A DNA stretch of 64,000 nt from Hyphomonadaceae bacterium (GTDB lineage: Bacteria; Pseudomonadota; Alphaproteobacteria; Caulobacterales; Hyphomonadaceae): assembly GCA_947474455.1 (NCBI GenBank), contig CANJIL010000006.1, positions 4,037-68,036 of the forward strand, written 5' to 3'. A model generated the notes under the pieces. The model saw only the letters and a program-made list of their open reading frames with translations, did not search any database and had not been told where the DNA came from. The translations under genes and the position numbers were made by a program. This document shows, in pieces, positions 54,986 through 63,809 of the stretch; position 1 is the first letter of the stretch, and the number at the start of each line of letters is the position of its first letter.

Positions 54986-56490
54986 CTGCTTCCCGCCATA
55001 TCCGGGATCAGGCGCGTGTATTGAACGTGCGCCTGAGACTTGGCCTCACCGATCTTGTTGCGATTCAGGCGTGGGCCAACCAGACGATCGCTGAGGATGG
55101 CGGGACACATGCGGACCTGACGGATCTCTGCCTTGCGACCAATGCGGGCGAGAGGATCACGTTGCGTCTGCTGTCGGGTGTGGGCGGGGCGCCGACCGCT
55201 CTGGATACGATGCGGGCGTTCGGAACGTTGCGTGTTGACGAGCAGTCGCAGGAGGAGTTGAGCCGGCTGGCGCATGCGCTTGATCCTGTCCTGAAGGAGA
55301 TCGAGGCGGCGGGCGGTGAAATACCGGACCTGTTGGAGCCGGCGATGACGCTGGCGGAGGATTTCCATGTGGCGCGGTCACACGGTGAGGGCGCCGTCAC
55401 CGATGTCGAAGCGGAGATGCGGGCGGTTCTGCATGCCGTGAAGGAGTTTGCTGCGGAGTTGCTGCAGGAGCCGGCGAAGCCATTCGCCGCGCAGCTCGCG
55501 AGCACCGTCTCTGCGATCGTGGTGAGCTACCACACAGGCGAGGTGCTGTTCGATTGCCTTGCGGCGCTGGAGCGTGATCCGGCGATCAACGAGATCGTGC
55601 TGGTGAACAACGGCAACCCGGTCGAGATTCTTGAACGTGTCGAGGATGCGTATGGCCGGTCGGACAAGGTGAAGCTCACGGGCGGAGGTGTGAACCGCGG
55701 GTTTGCGGCCGGCGTCAATCTCGGTGCGGCGCAGGCGACGGGGCATTGGCTGCTGATCGTGAATCCGGATGCGGTTCTGCAGACGGGAGCCGTCGTTGCA
55801 CTCGAGGGAGCGCTGGCGGGGGCGGCTGACCCGGCCATTGCGGGCGGCAAGATCTTCGGGCGCGATGGCAAGGAGCAGCGTGGCTCGCGCAGGCGGCGGC
55901 TGACGATGAGGTCAGCGGCGGCGACGTTCCTGGGGCTCGGTTGGCTGAAGGCGCTGAACCCGGGCTTCGTCAACATCAACCGCAACGAAGAGCTTGAGCC
56001 GTCGGACGCCGTGGCGATGGACGCGGTGAGCGGCGCGCTGATGTTCCTGTCACGCGACAGTTTCGCGCGGTTGGGCGGGTTTGACGAAGGGTACTTCCTG
56101 CACGTCGAGGATATCGATCTGTGCAGGCGCGCCGAGGCCGAAGGCGGCACCGTGATCTACACGCCCCTGGCTGCGGCGCTGCACTACGGGGCGACTAGCG
56201 ATGCGCCCCTGCTGGAAGTCGAGCGCCACAAGGGCGCGGGGCTGAACCGCTATTTTCGCAAGTTCGCGGAGACGCCGAGCGAGAAGCTGGCGGCGCGGGT
56301 GCTGGGTCCTATGATTGGCCTATTGCTGTCAATACGGGCGCGGTTGCGGCGCCGTCAGCGGTCAAGTTCCGGAGCGTCCGCATCTTCCTCGTCCGTCGAT
56401 GGCCGCAGATCGGGCGGTGTGGCGCCGGATGGGCAGCCGCCGGGTTCCACGACGGCCGCGACCAGGACCGACGGGTCGCCGTTGGAATAG
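54982..56490 (+). CDS. glycosyltransferase family 2 with ~210-aa N-terminal domain of unknown function
   Basis: Internal ATG of track ORF 54868..56490. The GT-A core starts at VSAIVVSYHTGEVLFDCLAAL..VLVNNGN..NRGFAAGVNLG..LIVNPDAVL..EDIDLCRR. The preceding 210 aa match nothing I recognise. Confidence 0.8.
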   Translation: MTASRHIRDQARVLNVRLRLGLTDLVAIQAWANQTIAEDGGTHADLTDLCLATNAGERITLRLLSGVGGAPTALDTMRAFGTLRVDEQSQEELSRLAHALDPVLKEIEAAGGEIPDLLEPAMTLAEDFHVARSHGEGAVTDVEAEMRAVLHAVKEFAAELLQEPAKPFAAQLASTVSAIVVSYHTGEVLFDCLAALERDPAINEIVLVNNGNPVEILERVEDAYGRSDKVKLTGGGVNRGFAAGVNLGAAQATGHWLLIVNPDAVLQTGAVVALEGALAGAADPAIAGGKIFGRDGKEQRGSRRRRLTMRSAAATFLGLGWLKALNPGFVNINRNEELEPSDAVAMDAVSGALMFLSRDSFARLGGFDEGYFLHVEDIDLCRRAEAEGGTVIYTPLAAALHYGATSDAPLLEVERHKGAGLNRYFRKFAETPSEKLAARVLGPMIGLLLSIRARLRRRQRSSSGASASSSSVDGRRSGGVAPDGQPPGSTTAATRTDGSPLE

Positions 56491-58274
56491 TTGAAGGCGA
56501 AGCGGCGCGCGAGACGGATGCAGCGGTCGGCTGCGGCGGCGGCCTGCACGAGTTCGCCCAGGGCCTTCTTGCCGTCTGCGTCGCCAACATTGATCAGCCA
56601 GGCGGGGCGGTTGTCTTCGGCTATGGCGGGGATCACGGGCGTGGACTCGCCGGGCAGGGTAATCTTGTTGCCGAGTTCGAAGACCAGACTGGGTTCGGCG
56701 AAGGAGATGGCGCGGACTATCTTCGGCGCGCGGCCTTGGCAGCCGGAGGCGCGCCATTGCTGCGAGCCTTCGGGCAGGGCGCAGATCTCCTTCAGCGCTG
56801 AGAGCGAAGCGTTGGTTGACAGCATCCATGACTGGTTCGGCAGGATCACGGCGCGATAGCCTACGCCGCCGACAACGGAGCAGGCGACGAGCCCGGCGAT
56901 GAGGCCGATCGGATTCTTCTTCACCAGCGCGTAGATCGTGCCGCCGGCGGCGAGGAGGATCAGGATGGTGGGCCAGAGCCAGAGGTAGGTCGAATCCCAG
57001 GCCTGTTGCCAGGTGGCGGCGACACGGTCAGCGAGCGCGCCAAAATCGCTGGCGGCATCGGCGCGGATGTCGCCCAGCACCCAGGGCGTGGGCGCGATTG
57101 CAAGAACGAGAGTGACCGCGGCGAAGAGGCCGAGGGAGAGCCAGCGGCCCTGCTTCCAGTCGTTGGTGGAGAACCAGTGGTCGGCGGCGGCGCCAGCCAA
57201 CAGGGCGAAGGCAGGGTACATGGGCAAGGTGTAGTGGACGAGCTTGGTCGGCGCGATCTCGAACACGATCCAGGACGGCACGATCCAGCAGGCGAGAAAG
57301 CGCCACGCGGCGGCTTCGCGTTCTTCCCAGGCCGCTGCCGTGGCGGAGCGTGCGGTGCTGGCGCTGTCCTTGTTGCGGCGCGATGGAAAGAGCTTCGAGA
57401 CGGCGAGCCAGATCCCGGGGATCAGCAGCAGCGTTCCGGGCCAGAACAGGAGCGGGAGCGCGGCGGTGTGCATGCCGGGCGGGCCGCTATGGCCTTCTGC
57501 GGCTTCGACCAGTTTTGGCGCAAGATCGACGCGGACGGCTTCGGAGAGGAAGTCGCCCTGCGTGGCGATCTGGACGGCGATGTACCAGGGGATGGTGAGG
57601 ATGCAGAACAGGCTGAGCCCGACCCAGTAGAGCAGCGGGCGCGCCCATGCGAGCCTGCGCTCCCACAGGAACAGCGCGGCGATCGTCGAGAAACAGACGA
57701 GAGGCGCGATGGGCCCTTTGAGGAGCACGCCGAAGGACAGGCACACCCAGAACAGCACGCCGTGCCATTTGCCGCCGGTTCCAGCGCGCATGTGGGCCAG
57801 CGCGCCCATGCCGAGCACAAGGATCCCGCACTGGGCAGCGTCCGTCTTTGCGATGTTGGCTTCGGTGGTGAGGAGCAGGGTTGTGCCCACGATCAGCGCG
57901 CCGAGGAAGGCTGCACGGCGATTGAACAGGGCCGTGCCTGCCCACATGGTCCCGACGGCAGCGAGAATGGCGCCGAGCATCGAGGGGATGCGGTAGTCGG
58001 CGATATTGCGTTCGGCTGCGCCGGAGGTGATGGCGACAATGGCGGACTGGAACCAGTGGATCGCGACCGGTTTCTTGTTCCGCAGATCGTCATGGTAGCG
58101 GATCACGACATAATCGCCGCTTTCCAGCATTTCGGACGAGGCTTCGGCAAACCGCCCTTCGTCACGGTCGAGCGTGGGCAGGGCAAACAGGCCCGGCAGC
58201 GCCAGCAGGAACACCAGGCCCGCCAGAACGGCGTAGGCCCAGCGGCTTTCGGTCAACCGGTCGAACGAGGCCAT
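56355..58274 (-). CDS. ArnT/PMT-like polyprenyl-phosphate-sugar-dependent glycosyltransferase (GT39/GT83 type)
   Basis: Internal ATG of track ORF 56355..58490. LPTLDRDEGRFAEASSEMLESGDYVV....KPVAIHWFQ is the first-loop DE motif of the family. About 11-13 TM plus a C-terminal soluble domain. Confidence 0.85.
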   Translation of the reverse strand: MASFDRLTESRWAYAVLAGLVFLLALPGLFALPTLDRDEGRFAEASSEMLESGDYVVIRYHDDLRNKKPVAIHWFQSAIVAITSGAAERNIADYRIPSMLGAILAAVGTMWAGTALFNRRAAFLGALIVGTTLLLTTEANIAKTDAAQCGILVLGMGALAHMRAGTGGKWHGVLFWVCLSFGVLLKGPIAPLVCFSTIAALFLWERRLAWARPLLYWVGLSLFCILTIPWYIAVQIATQGDFLSEAVRVDLAPKLVEAAEGHSGPPGMHTAALPLLFWPGTLLLIPGIWLAVSKLFPSRRNKDSASTARSATAAAWEEREAAAWRFLACWIVPSWIVFEIAPTKLVHYTLPMYPAFALLAGAAADHWFSTNDWKQGRWLSLGLFAAVTLVLAIAPTPWVLGDIRADAASDFGALADRVAATWQQAWDSTYLWLWPTILILLAAGGTIYALVKKNPIGLIAGLVACSVVGGVGYRAVILPNQSWMLSTNASLSALKEICALPEGSQQWRASGCQGRAPKIVRAISFAEPSLVFELGNKITLPGESTPVIPAIAEDNRPAWLINVGDADGKKALGELVQAAAAADRCIRLARRFAFNYSNGDPSVLVAAVVEPGGCPSGATPPDLRPSTDEEDADAPELDR

Positions 58275-58488
58275 CACGCGTGGAAAAATCCTTGGCGAAC
58301 CGCTGGGGAAACCGCCCAGCCCGGCCGATTCGGAAGCTTCCCTGGCCGGAATGGCGGGACCATAACGGCTCTTTTTACGGGCGTCGCCGGGTTTTGTTCT
58401 CCCGCGGCGCGAAGCCTCTCGGCAGGGTGACCTTGCGGTTACACGCGAGCCCTCGCAACCTTGCCAAGGGGCGGCTATAGGACATGTC

Positions 58489-59259
58489 ATGGATTCACGT
58501 GTTCAAACGGAACGGATGATGGCCTCAATCGAGGGACGCCCTGAATTCAGCGTCATATCGCCCGTTCGCAACGAGGCGGACAACGTCGAGGCGCTGGCGC
58601 GCGAGATATCGCAGGCGCTGGCTGGCCGCGCATTCGAGATCATTTTCGTCGATGACTGCTCGCAGGACGATACGCGGGCGCGGCTGTTTGCCTTGAAGGA
58701 CAAGATCCCTAACCTGCGGATCGTTGGCCATCGCAAGAATGCGGGACAAAGTCGAGCTGTGCGCACAGGCGTGCTTGCGGCGCGGGCCAATGTAATTCTG
58801 ACGCTGGATGGCGACGGGCAGAATGATCCGGCCGATCTGGCGGGCCTGTTGGGCCAGCTCAATCGGGCGGATGCTCAGGGCGATCTGGCTCTTGTGCAGG
58901 GCCGGAGGGACAAGCGGGTCGATAGCAGCTGGAAGAAACTCGGGTCGCGATTCGCGAACAATGTCCGGCGCGCCATGCTGCGGGACAAAAACGCCGACTC
59001 AGGTTGCGGCATGCGGGCGTTCAAGCGCGAGGCTTATCTTCAGCTTCCTTACTTCGACCACATGCACCGTTATCTGCCCGCCCTGATGCAGTCCGAGGGA
59101 TTCATGGTCGAGGAGCGGGCAGTGGGGCACCGGGTGCGCAAGCACGGACGGTCCAACTATACCAATTTCGGCCGTCTTGCGGATGCCTGGTCGGACATGC
59201 AGGGCGTCATGTGGCTAAGAAAACGGCGGCGTTCGCCCGGCGGAACCGACGAAATCTAG
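58489..59259 (+). CDS. polyprenyl-phosphate glycosyltransferase, GT2 (ArnC/DPM1-like)
   Basis: 256 aa. FSVISPVRNEADNVE..IIFVDDCSQDDT..NAGQSRAVRTG..LDGDGQNDPAD. The true start may be M10/M11 (58516). Divergent from the ArnT-like gene. Confidence 0.88.
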   Translation: MDSRVQTERMMASIEGRPEFSVISPVRNEADNVEALAREISQALAGRAFEIIFVDDCSQDDTRARLFALKDKIPNLRIVGHRKNAGQSRAVRTGVLAARANVILTLDGDGQNDPADLAGLLGQLNRADAQGDLALVQGRRDKRVDSSWKKLGSRFANNVRRAMLRDKNADSGCGMRAFKREAYLQLPYFDHMHRYLPALMQSEGFMVEERAVGHRVRKHGRSNYTNFGRLADAWSDMQGVMWLRKRRRSPGGTDEI

Positions 59260-59412
59260 GTTAGACCTGGGGCGCTTAGCGCAAGTGGACAGCGCGGGAC
59301 GGAGGGCTTTCAATTGGCCTGGATTTTCGGTACCGCTCTGGGTGTCGAAGCGATGGACAAGCGCGCCCGGCAACGGAGCGGGCCGACCGGCGGGCCGAAC
59401 AGGGGATCACCA

Positions 59413-59853
59413 ATGCGCGTTATCTTCGGGATTTTCCCGCTGCTGGCCATTCCGGTCATCATCTACAACATGATGGCTTTTACGGGTGGCGGTGAAGACG
59501 TGAACGGCGTATCCGCTATGGCCATGCAACTGGCCGACCCCTCGCGCGGGATGGCGGTGTTCGGTGCCTGGCGCGTCACTTCGGGCGACATTCTGATTAT
59601 CCTGTCCATGGGGTTCTTCTTCGTCGAAATCCTCAAATCGACGTCCACGGGTTCTGCGACCATCGCAAACCACGCGGTGTCGATGCTGGTGTTCATCGTC
59701 TGCCTAATCGAGTTCCTGCTGCTCAAGAACTTCCAGACGTCGGTATTCTTCATCCTAACCATCATGTGCCTGCTCGACGTGCTGGCGGGCGTGGTGGTGA
59801 CGATCATCTCGGCGCGTCGCGACTTCACGGTCGGCGACGGCGTTCCGCGCTGA
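59413..59853 (+). CDS. 4-TM membrane protein, unknown function
   Basis: Internal ATG of track ORF 59314..59853. MRVIFGIFPLLAIPVIIYNMMAF.., four hydrophobic helices, 146 aa. Confidence 0.6.
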   Translation: MRVIFGIFPLLAIPVIIYNMMAFTGGGEDVNGVSAMAMQLADPSRGMAVFGAWRVTSGDILIILSMGFFFVEILKSTSTGSATIANHAVSMLVFIVCLIEFLLLKNFQTSVFFILTIMCLLDVLAGVVVTIISARRDFTVGDGVPR

Positions 59854-59914
59854 TCCTGCGTCTTGCCTGGTGGCGTGACGTGCTTCACGACTGGGCCTGA
59901 GCGAGGGTGAAGCC

Positions 59915-60292
59915 ATGGGCATCTTCTTTGACCAGGACTGGTTTGACGCCCGGCTGAAAGCGGCCGGGCTCACCCATGCCTCCATGGCTCAGGCTGCGGG
60001 CATGACGATCGATGAGATCGACATGGTGTTCCGCGACCAGCGCGAGCTTGAAGGTCCCGAGGTGCATGCGATCGCGCTTATCCTGTCGGTGGAGCCGAGC
60101 GAGGTCGCCGACAGGGCGGGTCTGTCCGACCCGGGGGCCGCCGCCGCTGCGCCTTTGCTGCGGCCAGCCCGCGGCGTGGAGCCTGCCGGCTTCGTGGTGA
60201 CGCGCGAGGTGATCGGAGGCATACACGAGCGGCTCGACCGTCTGGAGCGGCTGATCGAGGTCGTGATCCAAAAGGTCGACCGACTTCGGTAG
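59915..60292 (+). CDS. hypothetical protein with possible HTH segment
   Basis: 125 aa. LTHASMAQAAGMTIDEIDMVFRDQRE resembles an XRE-type helix-turn-helix, with a C-terminal coiled segment. GC3-rich codons. Confidence 0.45.
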   Translation: MGIFFDQDWFDARLKAAGLTHASMAQAAGMTIDEIDMVFRDQRELEGPEVHAIALILSVEPSEVADRAGLSDPGAAAAAPLLRPARGVEPAGFVVTREVIGGIHERLDRLERLIEVVIQKVDRLR

Positions 60293-60484
60293 CGGCGGAT
60301 TATCAAGCACCGTAGCAGGCGGCGTTCGCGCGCCCTCGTGGGTCGACGGACGCGGACTTTGGCGGCTGCTCACCGTGAGGGCTACCATACCGGCACAAGT
60401 TGCACCTCGTGCGAGCAACCAGCGAAGCTGGCGCCCGTTGAACGACGAGGGCGTGATCACCGCCGATACTGCCGATCGACTGCT

Positions 60485-60760
60485 TCAGGCCGACTGGATC
60501 ACAGTCGCGCTGAGAGGGGTGCGGGATTCGGGCTTGTTGTAGGCGCGGCGGGCCTGCGACGGGGAGACCTTGGCAGGGGTGACCTGGCCGAGGATGTGGG
60601 CGCCGAAGGCTGGGGCGAACCAGACATGCGCCTCGTGGCGAGCGCGCGATGCGGCCTGTGCTGCTTCGAAGCGACGGTCCGCTGCGGCGGCGCGACGGTC
60701 TTCGAACCGCTGGCGGCGGTCCTCATTCCGGAACACGTAAGGTGCGGGTTCGACGCGCAT
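60485..60760 (-). CDS. hypothetical Arg/Ala-rich 91-aa protein
   Basis: Track ORF with GC3-rich codon pattern. No family recognised. Confidence 0.35.
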   Translation of the reverse strand: MRVEPAPYVFRNEDRRQRFEDRRAAAADRRFEAAQAASRARHEAHVWFAPAFGAHILGQVTPAKVSPSQARRAYNKPESRTPLSATVIQSA

Positions 60761-60841
60761 GCGTCATCAACTGCAAGCGCCGCGCCGCGTTCCGTTTACA
60801 GCCGCGCACTCTGCAGAAGAGTGGTTAATGCAGCTGCTTGG

Positions 60842-61480
60842 CTACTGCGGCTTGTCCTTCTCGGAGGTCGGCGTGTAGCTGCCGGTCGCGATTCGTGCGA
60901 GCTGCGTCTGCATATCGAGCATCTGCTGCTGCAGGGCGCGTATCGCATCGATGCCGGTGGGCGGTGAGGCGGGTTTCGGGGCGGCGCCGGGAGCCGCCGG
61001 ATCAATGTTTGTTGGCGCCGGTACGAAGGGCGCGAAGAACTTCATAGTGTCCTCGAACATCGCCATGTTCTTGCGGACCTGTTCGTCGAAGGCTTTGGCG
61101 CGTTCTTCGTTGCCGAGTGCGGTAGTCATGTACTCGCGCCATTTTTCCTGCTGCTGCCCGAACGTCTTCATCGACAGTTCGAGGTAGGCAGGCAGCATCG
61201 TCTGGAAGTTATCGCCATAGAACTGGATGAGCTGGCGCAGGAACGAGACGGGCAGCACCCCCTCCTTCTTATTCTCCTGCTCGAAGATGATCTGGGCCAG
61301 AACGGCGCGGGTCAGGTCCGCGCCGGTCTTGGCGTCCTGGACGATGAACTCCTTGCCCTGGCGGGTCAGCTCGGAGAGGTGCTCGAGCGTGACGTAGGCG
61401 CTGGCTGAGGTGTCGTAGAGCCGGCGGTTCGCGTATTTCTTGATGACGATCTTCTCGTCGTGCCCGTTCGACTGAGTCAA
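60842..61480 (-). CDS. phaR: polyhydroxyalkanoate synthesis repressor
   Basis: Track ORF 60842..61597. VIKKYANRRLYDT..YVTLEHL is the PhaR N-terminus. The TTG at 61480 with GGGAG 5 nt upstream gives ~212 aa. Confidence 0.88.
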   Translation of the reverse strand: MTQSNGHDEKIVIKKYANRRLYDTSASAYVTLEHLSELTRQGKEFIVQDAKTGADLTRAVLAQIIFEQENKKEGVLPVSFLRQLIQFYGDNFQTMLPAYLELSMKTFGQQQEKWREYMTTALGNEERAKAFDEQVRKNMAMFEDTMKFFAPFVPAPTNIDPAAPGAAPKPASPPTGIDAIRALQQQMLDMQTQLARIATGSYTPTSEKDKPQ

Positions 61481-61609
61481 AACGCACTCCCATCGGGTTG
61501 CGGCGCCGCTGTCTGGTTCCCCAACGACAGCTCCCGTTACGGCCGCATTAAATCCTGTTGAGGCGCCTTGTAGCACGAGTTTTACGCACCTGCACACTCA
61601 TTCGGCTTG

Positions 61610-61624
61610 TGCAGCATGGCTGCA
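61610..61624. promoter_or_regulatory. perfect inverted repeat TGCAGC-ATG-GCTGCA in the phaR/phaB divergent region
   Basis: Seen directly, flanked by further TGC-rich sequence (GCACCTGCAC). Candidate PhaR operator. Confidence 0.35.
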
Positions 61625-61718
61625 GCAAATTTTCATCCATTGGGGTGAGTGATACAGGCAAGATGTCATCAAATCAGCTATAGACTTCACCAGCTTGTAA
61701 GCGAAAGGACTGGGCGGC

Positions 61719-62441
61719 ATGACGAGCGTTGCGTTGGTTACTGGGGGAACACGCGGCATCGGGAGGGCGATCACTGAGCGTCTTGTCCGCGATGGGTTCA
61801 AGGTCGCCGCCAACTATGCGGGCAACGAAGAAGCGGCGGCGAGCTGCAGCAAGGAGCTGGGGATCAGCTGCTACAAATGGGATGTGGGTGACTATGACGC
61901 CTGCGCCGCCGGGATTGAGCGTATCTCCGGTGAACTTGGCCCTATCGAGATCCTGGTCAATAACGCTGGCGTGACCCGCGACGCCACGCTGCACCGGATG
62001 ACCCGGCAGCAATGGGATGACGTGATCCGGATCGATCTTACCTCGGCCTTCAACCTTTGCCGCCTGACCATTGAGGGGATGCGCGAGCGGAATTATGGCC
62101 GGGTGATCAACATCTCGTCCGTCAATGGCCAGAAGGGCCAGATCGGGCAGGTGAACTATTCGGCCGCCAAGGCGGGCCTGATCGGATTCACCAAGGCGCT
62201 GGCGCAGGAGAATGCCAAGAAGGGCATCACCGTGAACGTGATTTGCCCCGGCTATATCGATACGGAAATGGTGCAGGCTGTGCCGGAAAAGGTTCTGGAA
62301 GGCATTATCGCTACGATCCCCGTCGGACGGCTCGGCAAGGCCGAAGAGATCGCAGCGTGCGTCTCGTTCCTGGCCGGGCCCGGCTCGGCCTTCATAACTG
62401 GAGCGACGCTGACGGCCAATGGCGGGCAGTACATCGCTTAA
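61719..62441 (+). CDS. phaB: acetoacetyl-CoA reductase (SDR)
   Basis: 240 aa. ALVTGGTRGIGRAI, NISSVNG, YSAAKAG. Divergent from phaR. Confidence 0.92.
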   Translation: MTSVALVTGGTRGIGRAITERLVRDGFKVAANYAGNEEAAASCSKELGISCYKWDVGDYDACAAGIERISGELGPIEILVNNAGVTRDATLHRMTRQQWDDVIRIDLTSAFNLCRLTIEGMRERNYGRVINISSVNGQKGQIGQVNYSAAKAGLIGFTKALAQENAKKGITVNVICPGYIDTEMVQAVPEKVLEGIIATIPVGRLGKAEEIAACVSFLAGPGSAFITGATLTANGGQYIA

Positions 62442-62604
62442 CTGGAAATCAGGGTTTGCGCGGCGCCCGTGCAACTGTGCGCCGCAGCAAGCTACTACCT
62501 TGTTTTCGCTGAACCGCCGGGACTTGCCTCCGCCGCTGAAAGGCCCCATCGTGGACAGCGGGGCTCGGCATTCGAACAAAGAAATGCCCCCTTTGCCGTG
62601 CTTT

Positions 62605-63393
62605 ATGGCTGGGATGATGGTAAAAGAATTTCATGCCCCTGCGGTGCGCGCCGCAGTCCTTGTCCTGATAGCAGCGGCGGCTTTGGGATTCGCGACACCG
62701 GCCTTTGCGCAGGACACCCAGGCCGCCCCGACCTTCGCCTCCACCCGCTCACGCGCCGCCGGACCCGCTACGGGCGGGATGCGGTATGTCGACATGGGCT
62801 CGGATAAGAACGCGGGCTTCGTGCTTGAGCAGCGCGGGTCGATGGTGCTGCTGAAGGTGGATGGCAGCGAGAATGTGCTGACGTTGATGCCGGTGCCTGG
62901 ACAACGCGGAGACACCTTCTTCATGGATTATGCTGGCCGGATGGTTCTGCGCGTGACGCAGCAGGGCAATGTGGTGTCCTACATCCACAATGCCTCGGGC
63001 TCGCCGGCCGAGCCTATGGCCAAGGCGCCGCCGATCACTCCCGGAGCGATGACGGCTTCTCTCGACAAGCTGCGTGCGACTGCCGCCGCAGAGCTGTCGA
63101 AGCTGGCCGGACGTGAGGTGACGATTTGGGGGACCCAGTCCTTCGCAAGCGACGAGGCGTGGGCGGCCGATGCGCTGAACATCCTCGTGCTGGGCGTGAA
63201 GAACGCCAACGGGCTGGCTGGCAAGGCGGCCTCGAAGCTGGAGAAGGTCACGGTTCGCAGGGGCAAGTCGCCGAGGGTGAGCTTCAAGGATGGCGAGCTG
63301 GTGCTGGATGTGAATCCGAATGACGGCTGGTCGGGGCGCGTGACGCCCGAGGCGATCACCAATTCGCTGACTCAGGCGCGCAACGCGGGCTAA
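62605..63393 (+). CDS. secreted protein, unknown function
   Basis: Internal ATG of track ORF 62419..63393. Signal peptide AVLVLIAAAALGFATPAFAQD. Start ambiguous (62605-62617). Confidence 0.6.
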   Translation: MAGMMVKEFHAPAVRAAVLVLIAAAALGFATPAFAQDTQAAPTFASTRSRAAGPATGGMRYVDMGSDKNAGFVLEQRGSMVLLKVDGSENVLTLMPVPGQRGDTFFMDYAGRMVLRVTQQGNVVSYIHNASGSPAEPMAKAPPITPGAMTASLDKLRATAAAELSKLAGREVTIWGTQSFASDEAWAADALNILVLGVKNANGLAGKAASKLEKVTVRRGKSPRVSFKDGELVLDVNPNDGWSGRVTPEAITNSLTQARNAG

Positions 63394-63809
63394 GTTGGTG
63401 GCAGCCAATCTGGCGGCGCCATTTCAAACCCTGCGAAATCGAAGCCGGGCGACACCGTGCAGCCGACGAGTGTCCATGCGCCGAGGCTGCGCGCGGCCTG
63501 CCAGTGGTGCGGTTCCACAATGACCTGCGGGCGCTGTCCGGCGGCGAGATCCGGGCCAAGGATATGGGTGGAGACGCCGCGGCCCGGCGACAGCGAAAGC
63601 TCGATCGGGTCGCCAGCGTAATGGTGCCAGATCTCGGTCGCATCGACCCGGTGCCAGTGAGAGCGGTCGCCTGCGCCGAGGGCGTAGTAGATCGCGGTGC
63701 CGGGCGAGCGCTGGACTTCGGGCGAAGGGATGCGGTGCATCTCGGCATACCAGCCGCCTTCGGGGTGCGGCTTGAGGCCGAGAATGCGGATGATGTCTTC
63801 AAGAGTCAT
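63390..63809 (-). CDS. cupin domain protein (DUF985 family)
   Basis: 139 aa. LGLKPHPEGGWY.E..RS..........TAIYY.L..G..S.WHR...DEIWH-like pattern. Its ATG overlaps the gloB TGA (ATGA). Confidence 0.85.
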   Translation of the reverse strand: MTLEDIIRILGLKPHPEGGWYAEMHRIPSPEVQRSPGTAIYYALGAGDRSHWHRVDATEIWHHYAGDPIELSLSPGRGVSTHILGPDLAAGQRPQVIVEPHHWQAARSLGAWTLVGCTVSPGFDFAGFEMAPPDWLPPT

